Positions 55,066-64,000 of a stretch of DNA of 64,000 nucleotides are shown here, in pieces. The stretch's first letter is position 1. Every line of letters starts with the position of its first letter. Position numbers and translations under genes: made by a program. The DNA lies in contig JAVRCJ020000004.1 in NCBI GenBank assembly GCA_034530875.2, positions 160,001 to 224,000 on the forward strand. The letters run 5' to 3'. This stretch comes from Nostoc sp. DedSLP01. GTDB lineage: Bacteria > Cyanobacteriota > Cyanobacteriia > Cyanobacteriales > Nostocaceae. Under the pieces are notes generated by a model that was given only the letters and a program-made list of their open reading frames with translations, had not been told where the DNA came from and made no database searches.

Positions 55066-55465
55066 CTACTCGTCAATGCGAGCAAATAGACGATAGAGGA
55101 AGTTTAGGCCGTAGTTACGTAGGTTGTAGTATTCTGGGTCTTCCATGATGCGGTGACGGTTGTAGGGACAGGAGAAGGGAATATCTAGGATTTCACCGGT
55201 GTGGGCGGCTGAGCCATTACTCATCACAACTCTGTCGGCGCAAAAAAGTGCTTCATCAATGTCATGAGTTTTGGAATACCATCATTCGGTCGGAACCTGG
55301 TTCGATGATGGGTTTGTCTTGCAGCATAAAGACACCATCGGTAGGAGTATTAAACGCAGAAACCATATTCAGGAGTGTTGATTTGCCACAACCAGAGTGA
55401 CTGATGATGCAAACAAATTCGCCCTCACGCACTTTCAAATCAACTCCATCGAGTATGGTGTAAGT
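55066..55465 (-). pseudogene. nrtD: Relic of nitrate ABC transporter ATP-binding subunit NrtD
   Basis: Manual translation YTILDGVDLKVREGEFVCIISHSGCGKSTLLNMVSAF...DRMMVFQN, then deletion/frameshift at ~55270, then THDIDEALFCADRVVM...MEDPEYYNLRNYGLNFL...*. Confidence 0.88.
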
Positions 55466-55474
55466 CCTCAGTCA

Positions 55475-57094
55475 CTAATTACTAACTGCTAAGGCTTCTT
55501 GTTTGAGTTTTGCCCCAAACTTTTGGATCAGTAAATCTTGCAATATTGGCTGTAAATCTTCACAGGGTATGCCTTTAATAATGCAAGTTCCGAGATGGGC
55601 ATCTTTGCCAACTTTGCCACCCATATATATGTCAACGCCTTCGAGGGTTTTGCCATTTTTACGAGTTTTAGTTCCCATTAAGCCGATGTCTGCAACTTGA
55701 GGCTGTCCGCAGGAGTTGGGGCAACCAGTCCAGTGAATTCGCACGGGATGCGGGAAGGTTAAATCTTCTTCTAAGGCTTTAATCATCGCCAAGGCGCGGT
55801 TTTTGGTTTCGATGAGGGCAAAGTTGCAAAATTGTGCGCCCGTGCAAGATACTAGCGATCGCGTCAATAAACCTGGATTAATCGAAAACCTTTCTAGCAA
55901 CGGTTCTGCTAAAAATGTGGCTAATCTCGATTCAGGAACGTTGGGGATCGCAATGTTTTGCTCGATTGTTAACCGGATTTCGCCACTACCGTAAACTTCC
56001 GCTAGACGAGCAATTTCAAACATATCATCGGCATACAACCGACCGACAGGAATGTGCAACCCTACATAATTCAATCCTGGTTGTTTTTGTTTGTATACCC
56101 CTATATGGTCGCGTTTTTCCCAGTCAATCTCGTCTTTTGGCGCTGCGGGTAATAATGATTTACCCAAGCGATTTTCTACTTCTAGGCGAAACTTTTCTAA
56201 ACCCCATTCATCAATTAGCCACATCAGACGGGATTTTTGCCGATTAGCACGCGAACCACAATCGCGGAAAACTTCTAAAACGGCTCTACATACAGCTACC
56301 ACATCTTCCGGAGCCACCCAAGCATTCAGAGGAATTGCCGCCTCACAACGTTTGGCAGAGAAAAAGCCACCAACGATGATGTTAAATCCGAATACTTTTT
56401 GGTCGGAATGGATAGAGGAGAAATTTTGCTCCCCTGCTCCCCTGCTCCCCTGCTCCCCTGCCTCTTTAAATGCTGGCACAAATGCCAAATCATTAATCTC
56501 GGCGTGAACTGAATTGTCTCTGCCACCGGCGATCGCAATATTAAATTTCCGTGGTAGATTGCTAAACTCTGGGTTCCCTTGGCCATTGTTGGTGAGCATA
56601 TCTTGAATTTGCTGTACCAACTCTCGCGTGTCGTACAATTCATCTGCGTCTAACCCCGCTACAGCATCGCCTGTGATGTTGCGGACGTTATCCATCCCTG
56701 ACTGGACGCTGGTTAAGCCAACTGCGTGAAATCTATCAAAAATATCTGGTAAATCTCCAATTCTGATGCCGCGCAATTGAATATTCTGTCTCGTGGTAAT
56801 GTCAGCACTACCCTCATCACCGTAACGCTGTACCACTTGGGCTAAAACACGCATCTGAGTGCTGGTGAGAATACCGTTAGGCATCCGCATCCGCATCATA
56901 AACTTACCTGGAGTGACTGGACGAAAAAATACACCCACCCATTTAAGTCGATGATCTCGGTCTGTTTCGTCCATTGCTTCCCAACCCAAGGCGGCAAATT
57001 TTTCGATCTCACCCTTAACGGCGAGTCCATCTTTTTCTGCCTTGAATTTCTCGAACTTGTTGAGATTGACGGTGGTAGTTGCTGTATCTGTCAT
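55475..57094 (-). CDS. nirA: Ferredoxin-nitrite reductase
   Basis: TTRQNIQL, GMDNVRN, LPRKFN, SCTGAQFC, WTGCPNSCG. Confidence 0.97.
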   Translation of the reverse strand: MTDTATTTVNLNKFEKFKAEKDGLAVKGEIEKFAALGWEAMDETDRDHRLKWVGVFFRPVTPGKFMMRMRMPNGILTSTQMRVLAQVVQRYGDEGSADITTRQNIQLRGIRIGDLPDIFDRFHAVGLTSVQSGMDNVRNITGDAVAGLDADELYDTRELVQQIQDMLTNNGQGNPEFSNLPRKFNIAIAGGRDNSVHAEINDLAFVPAFKEAGEQGSRGAGEQNFSSIHSDQKVFGFNIIVGGFFSAKRCEAAIPLNAWVAPEDVVAVCRAVLEVFRDCGSRANRQKSRLMWLIDEWGLEKFRLEVENRLGKSLLPAAPKDEIDWEKRDHIGVYKQKQPGLNYVGLHIPVGRLYADDMFEIARLAEVYGSGEIRLTIEQNIAIPNVPESRLATFLAEPLLERFSINPGLLTRSLVSCTGAQFCNFALIETKNRALAMIKALEEDLTFPHPVRIHWTGCPNSCGQPQVADIGLMGTKTRKNGKTLEGVDIYMGGKVGKDAHLGTCIIKGIPCEDLQPILQDLLIQKFGAKLKQEALAVSN

Positions 57095-57359
57095 GAAGCT
57101 GGCTCTCGTTGCAAGTTACAAATAAACGTGACAATTTGTGTACCCAGTACAAATCAACCCGTAGTCCTATTAGGTGTATGTCTACGAGGGTTAGAGATGA
57201 AAACTTAATATCTAGTTAGGGCTGATTATTTATATTTCCGAGCGCTTGACGCGAAACTTAAAATCCGTGGTTAGTTGAGGATAATTTGTCGCCATTTACA
57301 TTTTGGGAATTTGTCAAGGAGTTTTGGTTGCTGTTCATGTAACAATTTCGATACTCACT

Positions 57360-57401
57360 AAGTTAAGGTCAGATTTATGTTAAAATCGTATAAATTGTTA
57401 C
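57360..57401 (-). promoter_or_regulatory. NtcA-activated promoter of the nir operon
   Basis: GTA-ACAATTTA-TAC (57401-57388), 22-nt spacer, -10 TAACTT (57365-57360): canonical GTA-N8-TAC-N22-TAN3T. Confidence 0.88.
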
Positions 57402-57416
57402 GGTTTTTGAGTAAAA

Positions 57417-57453
57417 ATGCATAAAAAACATGGTTCCTATGCATTTTTTGCAT
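57417..57453. promoter_or_regulatory. Two LysR-type (NtcB) AT-N11-AT sites
   Basis: ATGCATAAAAAACAT (57417-57431) and ATGCATTTTTTGCAT (57439-57453), just upstream of the NtcA box. Confidence 0.72.
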
Positions 57454-57666
57454 CACTATCGCCCACTAAATAACACAAAACTCGGGGATCGCAGGTATTT
57501 GGTATAACTCCAGGGATTTTTAATTACGATGTAGCAATCGTAATAGGGCGGATTGAGACAAAAATATTTTACAAATCATTCAAGGCTGCTATAGTTCAAT
57601 TCGGAATCGAAAATCTCAAATTGATTGGCAGATGCGAGCTAAAACTTCAAGATTATTTCAGCAGCT

Positions 57667-58080
57667 ATGAAACGTCGTGATTTTATTAATTGGGTAGGTT
57701 TGGGTTGGATAGCGAGTTCTCTACCTATAGCGATCGCAGCTTGTTCTTCCCAGACAAATTCAGCATCAGCCGATTGGCAAGCGGTAGGGACATCGGCAGA
57801 ATTAGATAAAACAGGTCAATTGCTAGCGAAAAATTCACCTGCTGGGCCTGTATTAGTAGTCGGCACATCTAAATCTGAAAATTTGACCGCTGTCAACCCT
57901 ACTTGTTCTCATGCAGGTTGTACGGTTGGATGGAAAGCTGAAGAGAGAAAATTCGTCTGTCCCTGTCATGGTTCGCAATATGGGGCTGACGGTAAAGTAA
58001 TAAAAGGCCCAGCAACAGAAGGGCTAAAAACCTATACCGCCAAAATAGAAGGTAATTCAGTTGTAGTCAAGCCAAGTTAG
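57667..58080 (+). CDS. Small Rieske [2Fe-2S] protein (PetC-like) with Tat signal
   Basis: MKRRDFI, CSHAGC, CPCHGS. Confidence 0.9.
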   Translation: MKRRDFINWVGLGWIASSLPIAIAACSSQTNSASADWQAVGTSAELDKTGQLLAKNSPAGPVLVVGTSKSENLTAVNPTCSHAGCTVGWKAEERKFVCPCHGSQYGADGKVIKGPATEGLKTYTAKIEGNSVVVKPS

Positions 58081-58081
58081 A

Positions 58082-58311
58082 GGGATTGAGGATTGGGGAG
58101 ATGGGGAGATGGGAGGTGTGGGAAGTGTGGGAGGTGTGGGAAGTGTGGGAGGTGTGGGAGGAGAGGGGGGTGTGGGAAGCATAAATTCTCTTTCTTCCTT
58201 GACTTCCCCACTCCCTATCTCCCCATCTCCCCAAACCTCCCACACCTCCCCATCTCCCTATCTCCCCATCTCCCCACACCTCCCCATCTCCCCACACCTC
58301 CCCATTCACCT
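58082..58311. repeat. Large STRR inverted-repeat cluster
   Basis: ggggagat/gggaggtgt tandem units followed by the reverse complements atctcccc/acacctccc. Confidence 0.85.
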
Positions 58312-58319
58312 TTACCATC

Positions 58320-59618
58320 GTGAACAACATCAACCAGCTTTTGGTGCAAGCCCAGACAGCATATAATGCAGCTGATTGGTCATCGCTAATTCAATATTTA
58401 CAAGAATTAATTTTAGGGGCTAATTCTCAGCATCCAGAGATAGTTAAAAATCGAGAATATCTGCTCTCGTTATCGCTTTCAATATTAGAGATGGGCGATT
58501 TTCAGCAACGCTGGGAAATAACCAAGGTTTTAATTAACTTGGGAAATATTGCCATCCCGCCACTAATTGAAATATTAAAAGATGAAGATGCAGAAGAAGA
58601 ATTACGCTGGTATGCGGCGCGAACTTTAGGGGAATTCCAGCACCCAGATGCCATCGCGCCTTTGGTGGAATTGTTGAAAACTGATGAGGATGAAGAACTC
58701 AAAGCAATCGCAGCTACAGCATTGGGGCAAATGGGTAATGTTGCGATTACTTCACTAACTAAACTTTTAGCAGATGAAGATACACGACTTTTGGCAGTGC
58801 GATCGCTTTGTTGTATTTCGCAACCAGAAATTATTGCACCATTGTTGAGTGTGGTGCAAGATTCCCAAGCAGAAATTCGTGCTGCTGCAATTGAAGCGTT
58901 GGCGAGTTTTCACGACGAAGGCATACCCTCAGTGTTGTTAAACGCTTTAGACGATGTAGCGGCCACAGTTAGACGTGCAGCAGTGGTTGGTTTAGGTTTT
59001 CGTCCGGACTTGTGCCAAGCATTAGATTTAGTCACAATATTACAACCTAAGTTGTATGACATCAACCTTGATGTTTGTCGTACAGCAGTCGTTACTCTTT
59101 CTCGTATGGGTAGTGATAACGCTGCCAAATACTTATTTGATTTGTTGATTTCACCTCAAACACCGCTAACACTGCAATTAGAAACTATTCGCGCTTTAGG
59201 TTGGATGGAAATACCATCGAGTTTGGAATATTTACAAATAGGATTTCATCAAAGTACATTACCATCTGTGTGGGAAGAAATTGTTACAGTTTTAGGGCGA
59301 GTGCAAAAGCCCCAGCTAACTACACTAGCTACAGAAATATTACTAAAAGTGCTGGAATCGCAACATCCAGCAATAAAAATTGCCAATATTAAAAGTCCGA
59401 TCGCTTTATCTTTAGGACAGTTAGGAAAGATCCAGGCAATTGAACCATTGGTCTTGCTGTTAGCTGATTCTAATGCATCGGTAAGACTACATGCGATCGC
59501 AGCACTAAAAAATCTGGATAAAGAACTTGTACGCCAACAATTGCAAAAGTTAGCAAATAACGCTGGACTAACACCAGATTTGCGAGAAGAAATTGCGATC
59601 GCTTTAGCACAATGGTAA
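58320..59618 (+). CDS. nirB: HEAT-repeat protein (cyanobacterial NirB-like nitrite reductase accessory factor)
   Basis: Multiple HEAT repeats; position divergent from nirA, behind the Rieske gene, matches recalled Anabaena order. Confidence 0.7.
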   Translation: MNNINQLLVQAQTAYNAADWSSLIQYLQELILGANSQHPEIVKNREYLLSLSLSILEMGDFQQRWEITKVLINLGNIAIPPLIEILKDEDAEEELRWYAARTLGEFQHPDAIAPLVELLKTDEDEELKAIAATALGQMGNVAITSLTKLLADEDTRLLAVRSLCCISQPEIIAPLLSVVQDSQAEIRAAAIEALASFHDEGIPSVLLNALDDVAATVRRAAVVGLGFRPDLCQALDLVTILQPKLYDINLDVCRTAVVTLSRMGSDNAAKYLFDLLISPQTPLTLQLETIRALGWMEIPSSLEYLQIGFHQSTLPSVWEEIVTVLGRVQKPQLTTLATEILLKVLESQHPAIKIANIKSPIALSLGQLGKIQAIEPLVLLLADSNASVRLHAIAALKNLDKELVRQQLQKLANNAGLTPDLREEIAIALAQW

Positions 59619-59700
59619 ATTGCCTTTAACGCACCCACATCTATAAGGCGTGAGTGCGTCAATAATTAACTATCGATTATCTATGGCTGGAGAAAAATTA

Positions 59701-60075
59701 TTATTTCGGTTGGCCTTTTTCTAAAGCCTTTTCTACTAGGTCATCGCTAACATCAGCGACACCCTCAGTCTTAGCATTTCCAACTTCCTTAGCTAACTCT
59801 GCATAATCATCAGGATTACCAGTTGAGTCGATTTGTTGTGTTTTTATTTCTCTTGCTTCAGGGACTTTTTGTTTGGAAGCAGTTGATGCTTCGGCTGCTG
59901 CTGCACCTTGACCTGTGCGGTCAACATCACTGACGCTGAATTTTTGTGCGGCTGCATAATCAGCTTCCAAATCCACCGCTGGCGCTTTTTCTTCACCAGT
60001 AGCGATATTTTCAGCAGCTAATTGAGCATCATGGGTGGGAGCTTCATTAACATTGGGTTTTATTTCATCTGGCAT
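59701..60075 (-). CDS. Hypothetical acidic/Ala-rich protein
   Basis: 124-aa ORF, THDAQLAAE, D.EADY.AAQ.FSVS. Confidence 0.7.
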   Translation of the reverse strand: MPDEIKPNVNEAPTHDAQLAAENIATGEEKAPAVDLEADYAAAQKFSVSDVDRTGQGAAAAEASTASKQKVPEAREIKTQQIDSTGNPDDYAELAKEVGNAKTEGVADVSDDLVEKALEKGQPK

Positions 60076-60295
60076 AATTAAAACCTTAGGTAAAATTTTA
60101 TTGCTGCGGCAATCATAGCAGGAGAATTCGCTACTCTCTTGCCTCCTTCCGAGAGACTTTTACCTCTATTAAAAGATAGATTAATGCTGGATTTGACAAA
60201 TAATTTAACTCTTTCTCTTGATAGTAGAATCTTATTCTCAAACTTTGATAACTCTTAGTTTGGCCTGTTAAAAAAATTCTGTTTGGAGAGAAATT

Positions 60296-60826
60296 ATGAC
60301 TACAAGTTACGATAAAAATATTTCTCAAGCTCAAAGCAATGAAACTCAAAATGTGGTAGACGCGTTTAACGCCTTAGATACCGACGCTAAATTAGCTTGG
60401 TTCTATTTGGTTTATAAAAAAATGGGTGATTCCATTACGCCAGCGGCTCCCGCTGCTACTGACCCGGAATTAGCACCAAAATTGTTAGGAGAATATTTTG
60501 ATTTATCAGATAACGAGCAATTAGAAATCATGCGGGATATCGTTAACCGCAAAGATACAGAATATTCCCGTGCTTATGGCGCAATTAAAGAAAACAATCA
60601 ATTGTTAGTTTGGTATGCTTGGGCAGTAGAAATGGGGAAAAAAGTGGTTGGGTTCCCAGGTAATTATCAAGCAAGCAAACCAATTAACGATCTACTTTCT
60701 CAAATTGAAGGACTAGATTTTGAAGAGCAAATTTCGGTGTTCCGAACAATAGCTGGTGAATTGGGTTACACCGATGTCAAACCAATTGAAACACAAGCAC
60801 AAACTGGTAAAACAGCAAGTTTGTAA
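60296..60826 (+). CDS. Helical carotenoid protein (OCP N-terminal domain)
   Basis: DAKLAWFYLVYKKMGDSITPAAP, SRAYG, LLVWYAWA. Confidence 0.9.
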   Translation: MTTSYDKNISQAQSNETQNVVDAFNALDTDAKLAWFYLVYKKMGDSITPAAPAATDPELAPKLLGEYFDLSDNEQLEIMRDIVNRKDTEYSRAYGAIKENNQLLVWYAWAVEMGKKVVGFPGNYQASKPINDLLSQIEGLDFEEQISVFRTIAGELGYTDVKPIETQAQTGKTASL

Positions 60827-60858
60827 GCTCATCACATCTCTAAAAGGGATTTCATTTC

Positions 60859-60898
60859 GCTGTTGACTGTTGATTGTTAACCCTCAACAGTCAACAGC
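60859..60898. terminator. Hairpin between convergent genes
   Basis: GCTGTTGACTGTTGA...TCAACAGTCAACAGC. Confidence 0.6.
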
Positions 60899-60902
60899 TT
60901 AA

Positions 60903-61667
60903 TCACGACATTGCTAGCTGAGTTAAGTCCGATGGAGTTAAGTTAGAGTTTACTACCTGACCGTCACGGAACCAAACGATGCGCTGGGTTTGACGCGCTA
61001 CTTCTGGTTCGTGGGTTACCATAACAACGGTGATTCCAGTGGCATTGAGTTCGCTAAAAATGTCTAATACTTCTTGGGTTGTGCGCGAATCAAGTGCGCC
61101 GGTAGGTTCATCGGCTAGGAGTACTACGGGACGGTTGACAATGGCACGAGCGATCGCTACTCTTTGTTGTTGTCCCCCAGATAGTTGAGTTGGTTTATTG
61201 TTGAGGCGATTTCCTAAACCGACTCGTATCAATGCTTCTTTGGCGCGATCGCTTCTTTCTTTTGGATTCACATTAGCATACACCATTGGCAGCATCACAT
61301 TTTCTAATGCTGTAAGTTGGGGCAATAAATGGAATTGTTGAAACACAAACCCCAGCTTTTTATTGCGGATATGTGCCAAGGATTTATCATCCATTTGCGC
61401 CACATCAATATTATCTAAGTAATAATGTCCGCCTGTAGGTCGGTCTAGACAGCCGATAATATTCATGGCTGTGGATTTCCCAGAACCAGAAGGCCCCATA
61501 ATTGAACAATATTCGCCTTCGTTAATAATTAAATTTACATCATTGAGTGCTTTGACTTCGGTTTCGCCAATGCCATAGACTTTAAATATATTTTCTAAAC
61601 GAATAATAGCTGATTTCGGTACGGGATTAGGAACTAGAGAATCGGTAATTGAAATAGTCTTTGCCAT
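60903..61667 (-). CDS. ABC transporter ATP-binding protein (LolD/MacB-type)
   Basis: GPSGSGKST, LSGGQQQRVAIARA, LADEPTGALD. Confidence 0.95.
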   Translation of the reverse strand: MAKTISITDSLVPNPVPKSAIIRLENIFKVYGIGETEVKALNDVNLIINEGEYCSIMGPSGSGKSTAMNIIGCLDRPTGGHYYLDNIDVAQMDDKSLAHIRNKKLGFVFQQFHLLPQLTALENVMLPMVYANVNPKERSDRAKEALIRVGLGNRLNNKPTQLSGGQQQRVAIARAIVNRPVVLLADEPTGALDSRTTQEVLDIFSELNATGITVVMVTHEPEVARQTQRIVWFRDGQVVNSNLTPSDLTQLAMS

Positions 61668-62041
61668 AAGGATTTGGTTATTAGTTTGGTAGAGAGGCGA
61701 TGATTCTCTTCCAAGAAGCTGCTCTTTAAGAGTCTACGCATCTTTAGAAAAGTTCCGTTATTTCTCAATTTACTTCTTATCTCTAGGATAATATTGATAC
61801 TTAGTTATCAGCCAACCTATGTCAAAAAAAATGTAGTATACTCCGCTTTGATTTAGAGAACTTCTTTCTGTAGGAAGAGAACAGGGAACAGGAAATTACC
61901 GAGTACAGGTGTAGTAATATCAATTTTAAAAAGAAAATGCGATAAATAGATCGTCTGTAGACAGGCAGTGAATCGCATCTTTACCAAAGAAGTTGTTGCG
62001 ATCGTTAATTGGACGTTCCTCAATTGCAGTATGAATAAAGA

Positions 62042-62121
62042 TGTAGAGACGTTGCATTGCAACGTCTCTACAAAGATTTTGATATCATGCACAATCGTTT
62101 CAATAGATAAAATCAGCAATG
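62042..62121. mobile_element. Partial second copy of the 22846-22958 element
   Basis: TGTAGAGACGTTGCA-T-TGCAACGTCTCTACA and right end AAAATCAGCAAT. Confidence 0.65.
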
Positions 62122-62335
62122 CTGTTAATTGAATTGGTATGATTTTTTTTGAAACGGCAAAAGTTACGTAAACTCAGCACTTTTGCGATCGCCAGACTCT
62201 AGATACTAAAAATATGATTTTAAAAGGCATATTTTACCCAAAACATGTATTCAAAAGTACAATGTTTTGGGTAAATTTTTCGTTTTATTCGACGCTAGAT
62301 ACTTTTTTACACTAGGCAAAGTATAAGTTTTTACA

Positions 62336-62917
62336 TTAATGTTTTTGGAAAGCAGCTAATTGAGCGATTAAATGGTCAAAATAAGGAGTAAGAGTTTCTT
62401 GGTGGTTGCCTTGGCAGCGTTTCAAACTAGCAGCTTTGATACTTTTTAAACCTAGAATCATAGCATCCAAAGGAACTTGTAATTCTTGATAAACCAAATT
62501 CATATAGTGGAGTCCTGTGGGGCTAGTATATTCAGCGTGGCCGCCTGCAATACCATAAGTAATGCAGCGGAGAAAATGCCAGAAATCTCGCCAGCAAGCT
62601 TGGGCGCGTTCGGGGGGATAAAGGTCTCCTCCTGGCTCGATAATTTCAGGGTAAGTTAGCAAAACCTGTTCTCTAGCTTCATCAACGATTTCACCTGCAC
62701 GATCGCGTAACAATTGAGCAACAGGAATCAAGGCACAATGATTGGGTGCTAAAGTTTGGATTTCTACTAAATCTTCGTCGCTCAGATAGCGCAAATTATC
62801 ATCCGCAGCTTGGAAAATAGCGATCGCAGCTTGAGGATGGGACTGTTGCCACTGAGCAAAGCTCATAATTCTAGCTTTGGCTATTAATTGCTTAACAGTT
62901 TCGGTTAGTTGAGTCAT
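62336..62917 (-). CDS. Allophycocyanin-like phycobiliprotein (AplA-like)
   Basis: AADDNLRYLS, PGGDLYP, ACWRDFWHFLRCITYG, PYFDHLI; likely start MTQLTE. Confidence 0.85.
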   Translation of the reverse strand: MTQLTETVKQLIAKARIMSFAQWQQSHPQAAIAIFQAADDNLRYLSDEDLVEIQTLAPNHCALIPVAQLLRDRAGEIVDEAREQVLLTYPEIIEPGGDLYPPERAQACWRDFWHFLRCITYGIAGGHAEYTSPTGLHYMNLVYQELQVPLDAMILGLKSIKAASLKRCQGNHQETLTPYFDHLIAQLAAFQKH

Positions 62918-62923
62918 AAGCGT

Positions 62924-63041
62924 AGGGGATTGGGTACTGGGGATTGGGGAGGTGGGGATTGGGGAGATGGGGAGATGGGGAGATGGGGGCATAAATTCTC
63001 TTTCTCCCCACACTCCCCACACTTCCCAATCTCCCCATTTC
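62924..63041. repeat. STRR-type inverted repeat cluster
   Basis: ggggatt/ggggagat units and complementary tracts. Confidence 0.75.
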
Positions 63042-63119
63042 CTGTAATCTTCCCAAATGCAGTCGCTATTTTTTGACGTTTGTAAAATAAAGTAAAGAAT
63101 AACCCTAAAAAATACACTT

Positions 63120-63782
63120 ATGGAAATCGATAAAATTAAAGCTGAATTGGAGAATCCAGATTTTCAGTATCGTTTGAAAGCGATCGCTGCACTCAAGGAG
63201 TATGAATCAGAAGTTGCTGTTCCTCTACTAACTAGTAAATTGCATGATTCAGAATTTTTGGTGCGTTCCTTTGTGGCCAGAGGTTTGGGCAAGCAACAAT
63301 CAGCCGAATCTTTTGCTGCCTTGATACAAATTATGAAATTCGACGATACTCCCAACGTGCGAGCTGAGGCGGCAAATTCTTTATCGTTATTTGGTAGAGT
63401 GGCAGTTTCTCATCTAGTTCTGACATTTTATCAGGATGACCACTGGCTAGTACGACGTACCATACTAGCAGCGATCGCTGATATGAATTGTACAGAAGAA
63501 TTATTTGATATCTGCGTTCAGGGTTTAAAAGACGAAGATTTCACAGTTCAGGAAACTTCTGTTGATGCATTAGGCTTACTGGCTAACTCTAGCTTACATA
63601 CTCAAGCATTATCTCAAATACTAAGCTTGGTCGATGATGAATCTTGGCGGATGCGAGTGCGAGTTGCTTATGCTCTCCAACGATTTGACGAGCCGCAAGC
63701 CAAAGCAGTCCTAAATCAACTCAGACAAGATAGCGATCGCCGAGTTGTGGGAGCTGCCTTAGAAGGCTTATTGCCTCAATAG
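63120..63782 (+). CDS. nblB: HEAT-repeat phycobilisome degradation protein (NblB-like)
   Basis: DSEFLVRSF, NVRAEAANSL, DDHWLVR. Confidence 0.7.
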   Translation: MEIDKIKAELENPDFQYRLKAIAALKEYESEVAVPLLTSKLHDSEFLVRSFVARGLGKQQSAESFAALIQIMKFDDTPNVRAEAANSLSLFGRVAVSHLVLTFYQDDHWLVRRTILAAIADMNCTEELFDICVQGLKDEDFTVQETSVDALGLLANSSLHTQALSQILSLVDDESWRMRVRVAYALQRFDEPQAKAVLNQLRQDSDRRVVGAALEGLLPQ

Positions 63783-63947
63783 CAAAGTGAGCTTATTGAG
63801 CATTATTGTGACTAACCTGAATCATGCGATCGCACTTAACTCAGTTACACTAAATGCTTTATTTTATCTGAAATTTGAGGGAAATATCCGGACAATTTGC
63901 CAAAATCTAGAATAAAATATCAACTTTTTCGAGTCCGGGAGACGTAT

Positions 63948-64000
63948 GTGACTGATATACCAACAGGCCAAATGACTTGGCGATTACCAGGTTCCTCAGA
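63948..64000 (+). CDS. Possible start of a CDS running off the window
   Basis: GGAGA RBS-like, then GTG, open to the window end (MTDIPTGQMTWRLPGSS). Confidence 0.35.
   Translation, partial: MTDIPTGQMTWRLPGSS

Noticed and set aside
58057..58366. Short overlapping ORFs with CxxC-like or Pro/His-rich repeats
   Set aside because: Translations of the STRR inverted-repeat cluster, not credible proteins

Overview
Chromosomal window from a heterocyst-forming cyanobacterium (Nostocales). This rests on dense HIP1 octamers (GCGATCGC), STRR-type short tandem repeats, an Asr1734/Npun_R1517-family gene and gene order recalled as Anabaena/Nostoc-like. Core genes include speY-like, sfsA, trhO, tRNA-Ala(UGC), murJ, ctpB, ndhM, a PP2C/CHAT-FHA/FHA-PrsW signalling cluster and the nitrate-assimilation operon nirA-nrtP-narB-narM with a canonical NtcA/NtcB promoter. 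Highlights: (1) an apparently HIP1-free module at ~15.2-21.2 kb with a P-loop ATPase, a TPR-nSTAND1 NTPase ending in a catalytically dead retropepsin-like domain that an in-frame TGA cuts off, and a ParA plus ParB-like/HhH pair; (2) an FAD/NAD(P)-binding oxidoreductase fused to an ETHE1-type persulfide dioxygenase; (3) an unannotated, internally deleted nrtD relic between nirA and nrtP; (4) two multi-GAF cyanobacteriochromes, one with no output domain; (5) several MITE/SDR-type elements, one splitting a HIP1 site inside a gene. All calls come from reading motifs by eye; no database searches were run.
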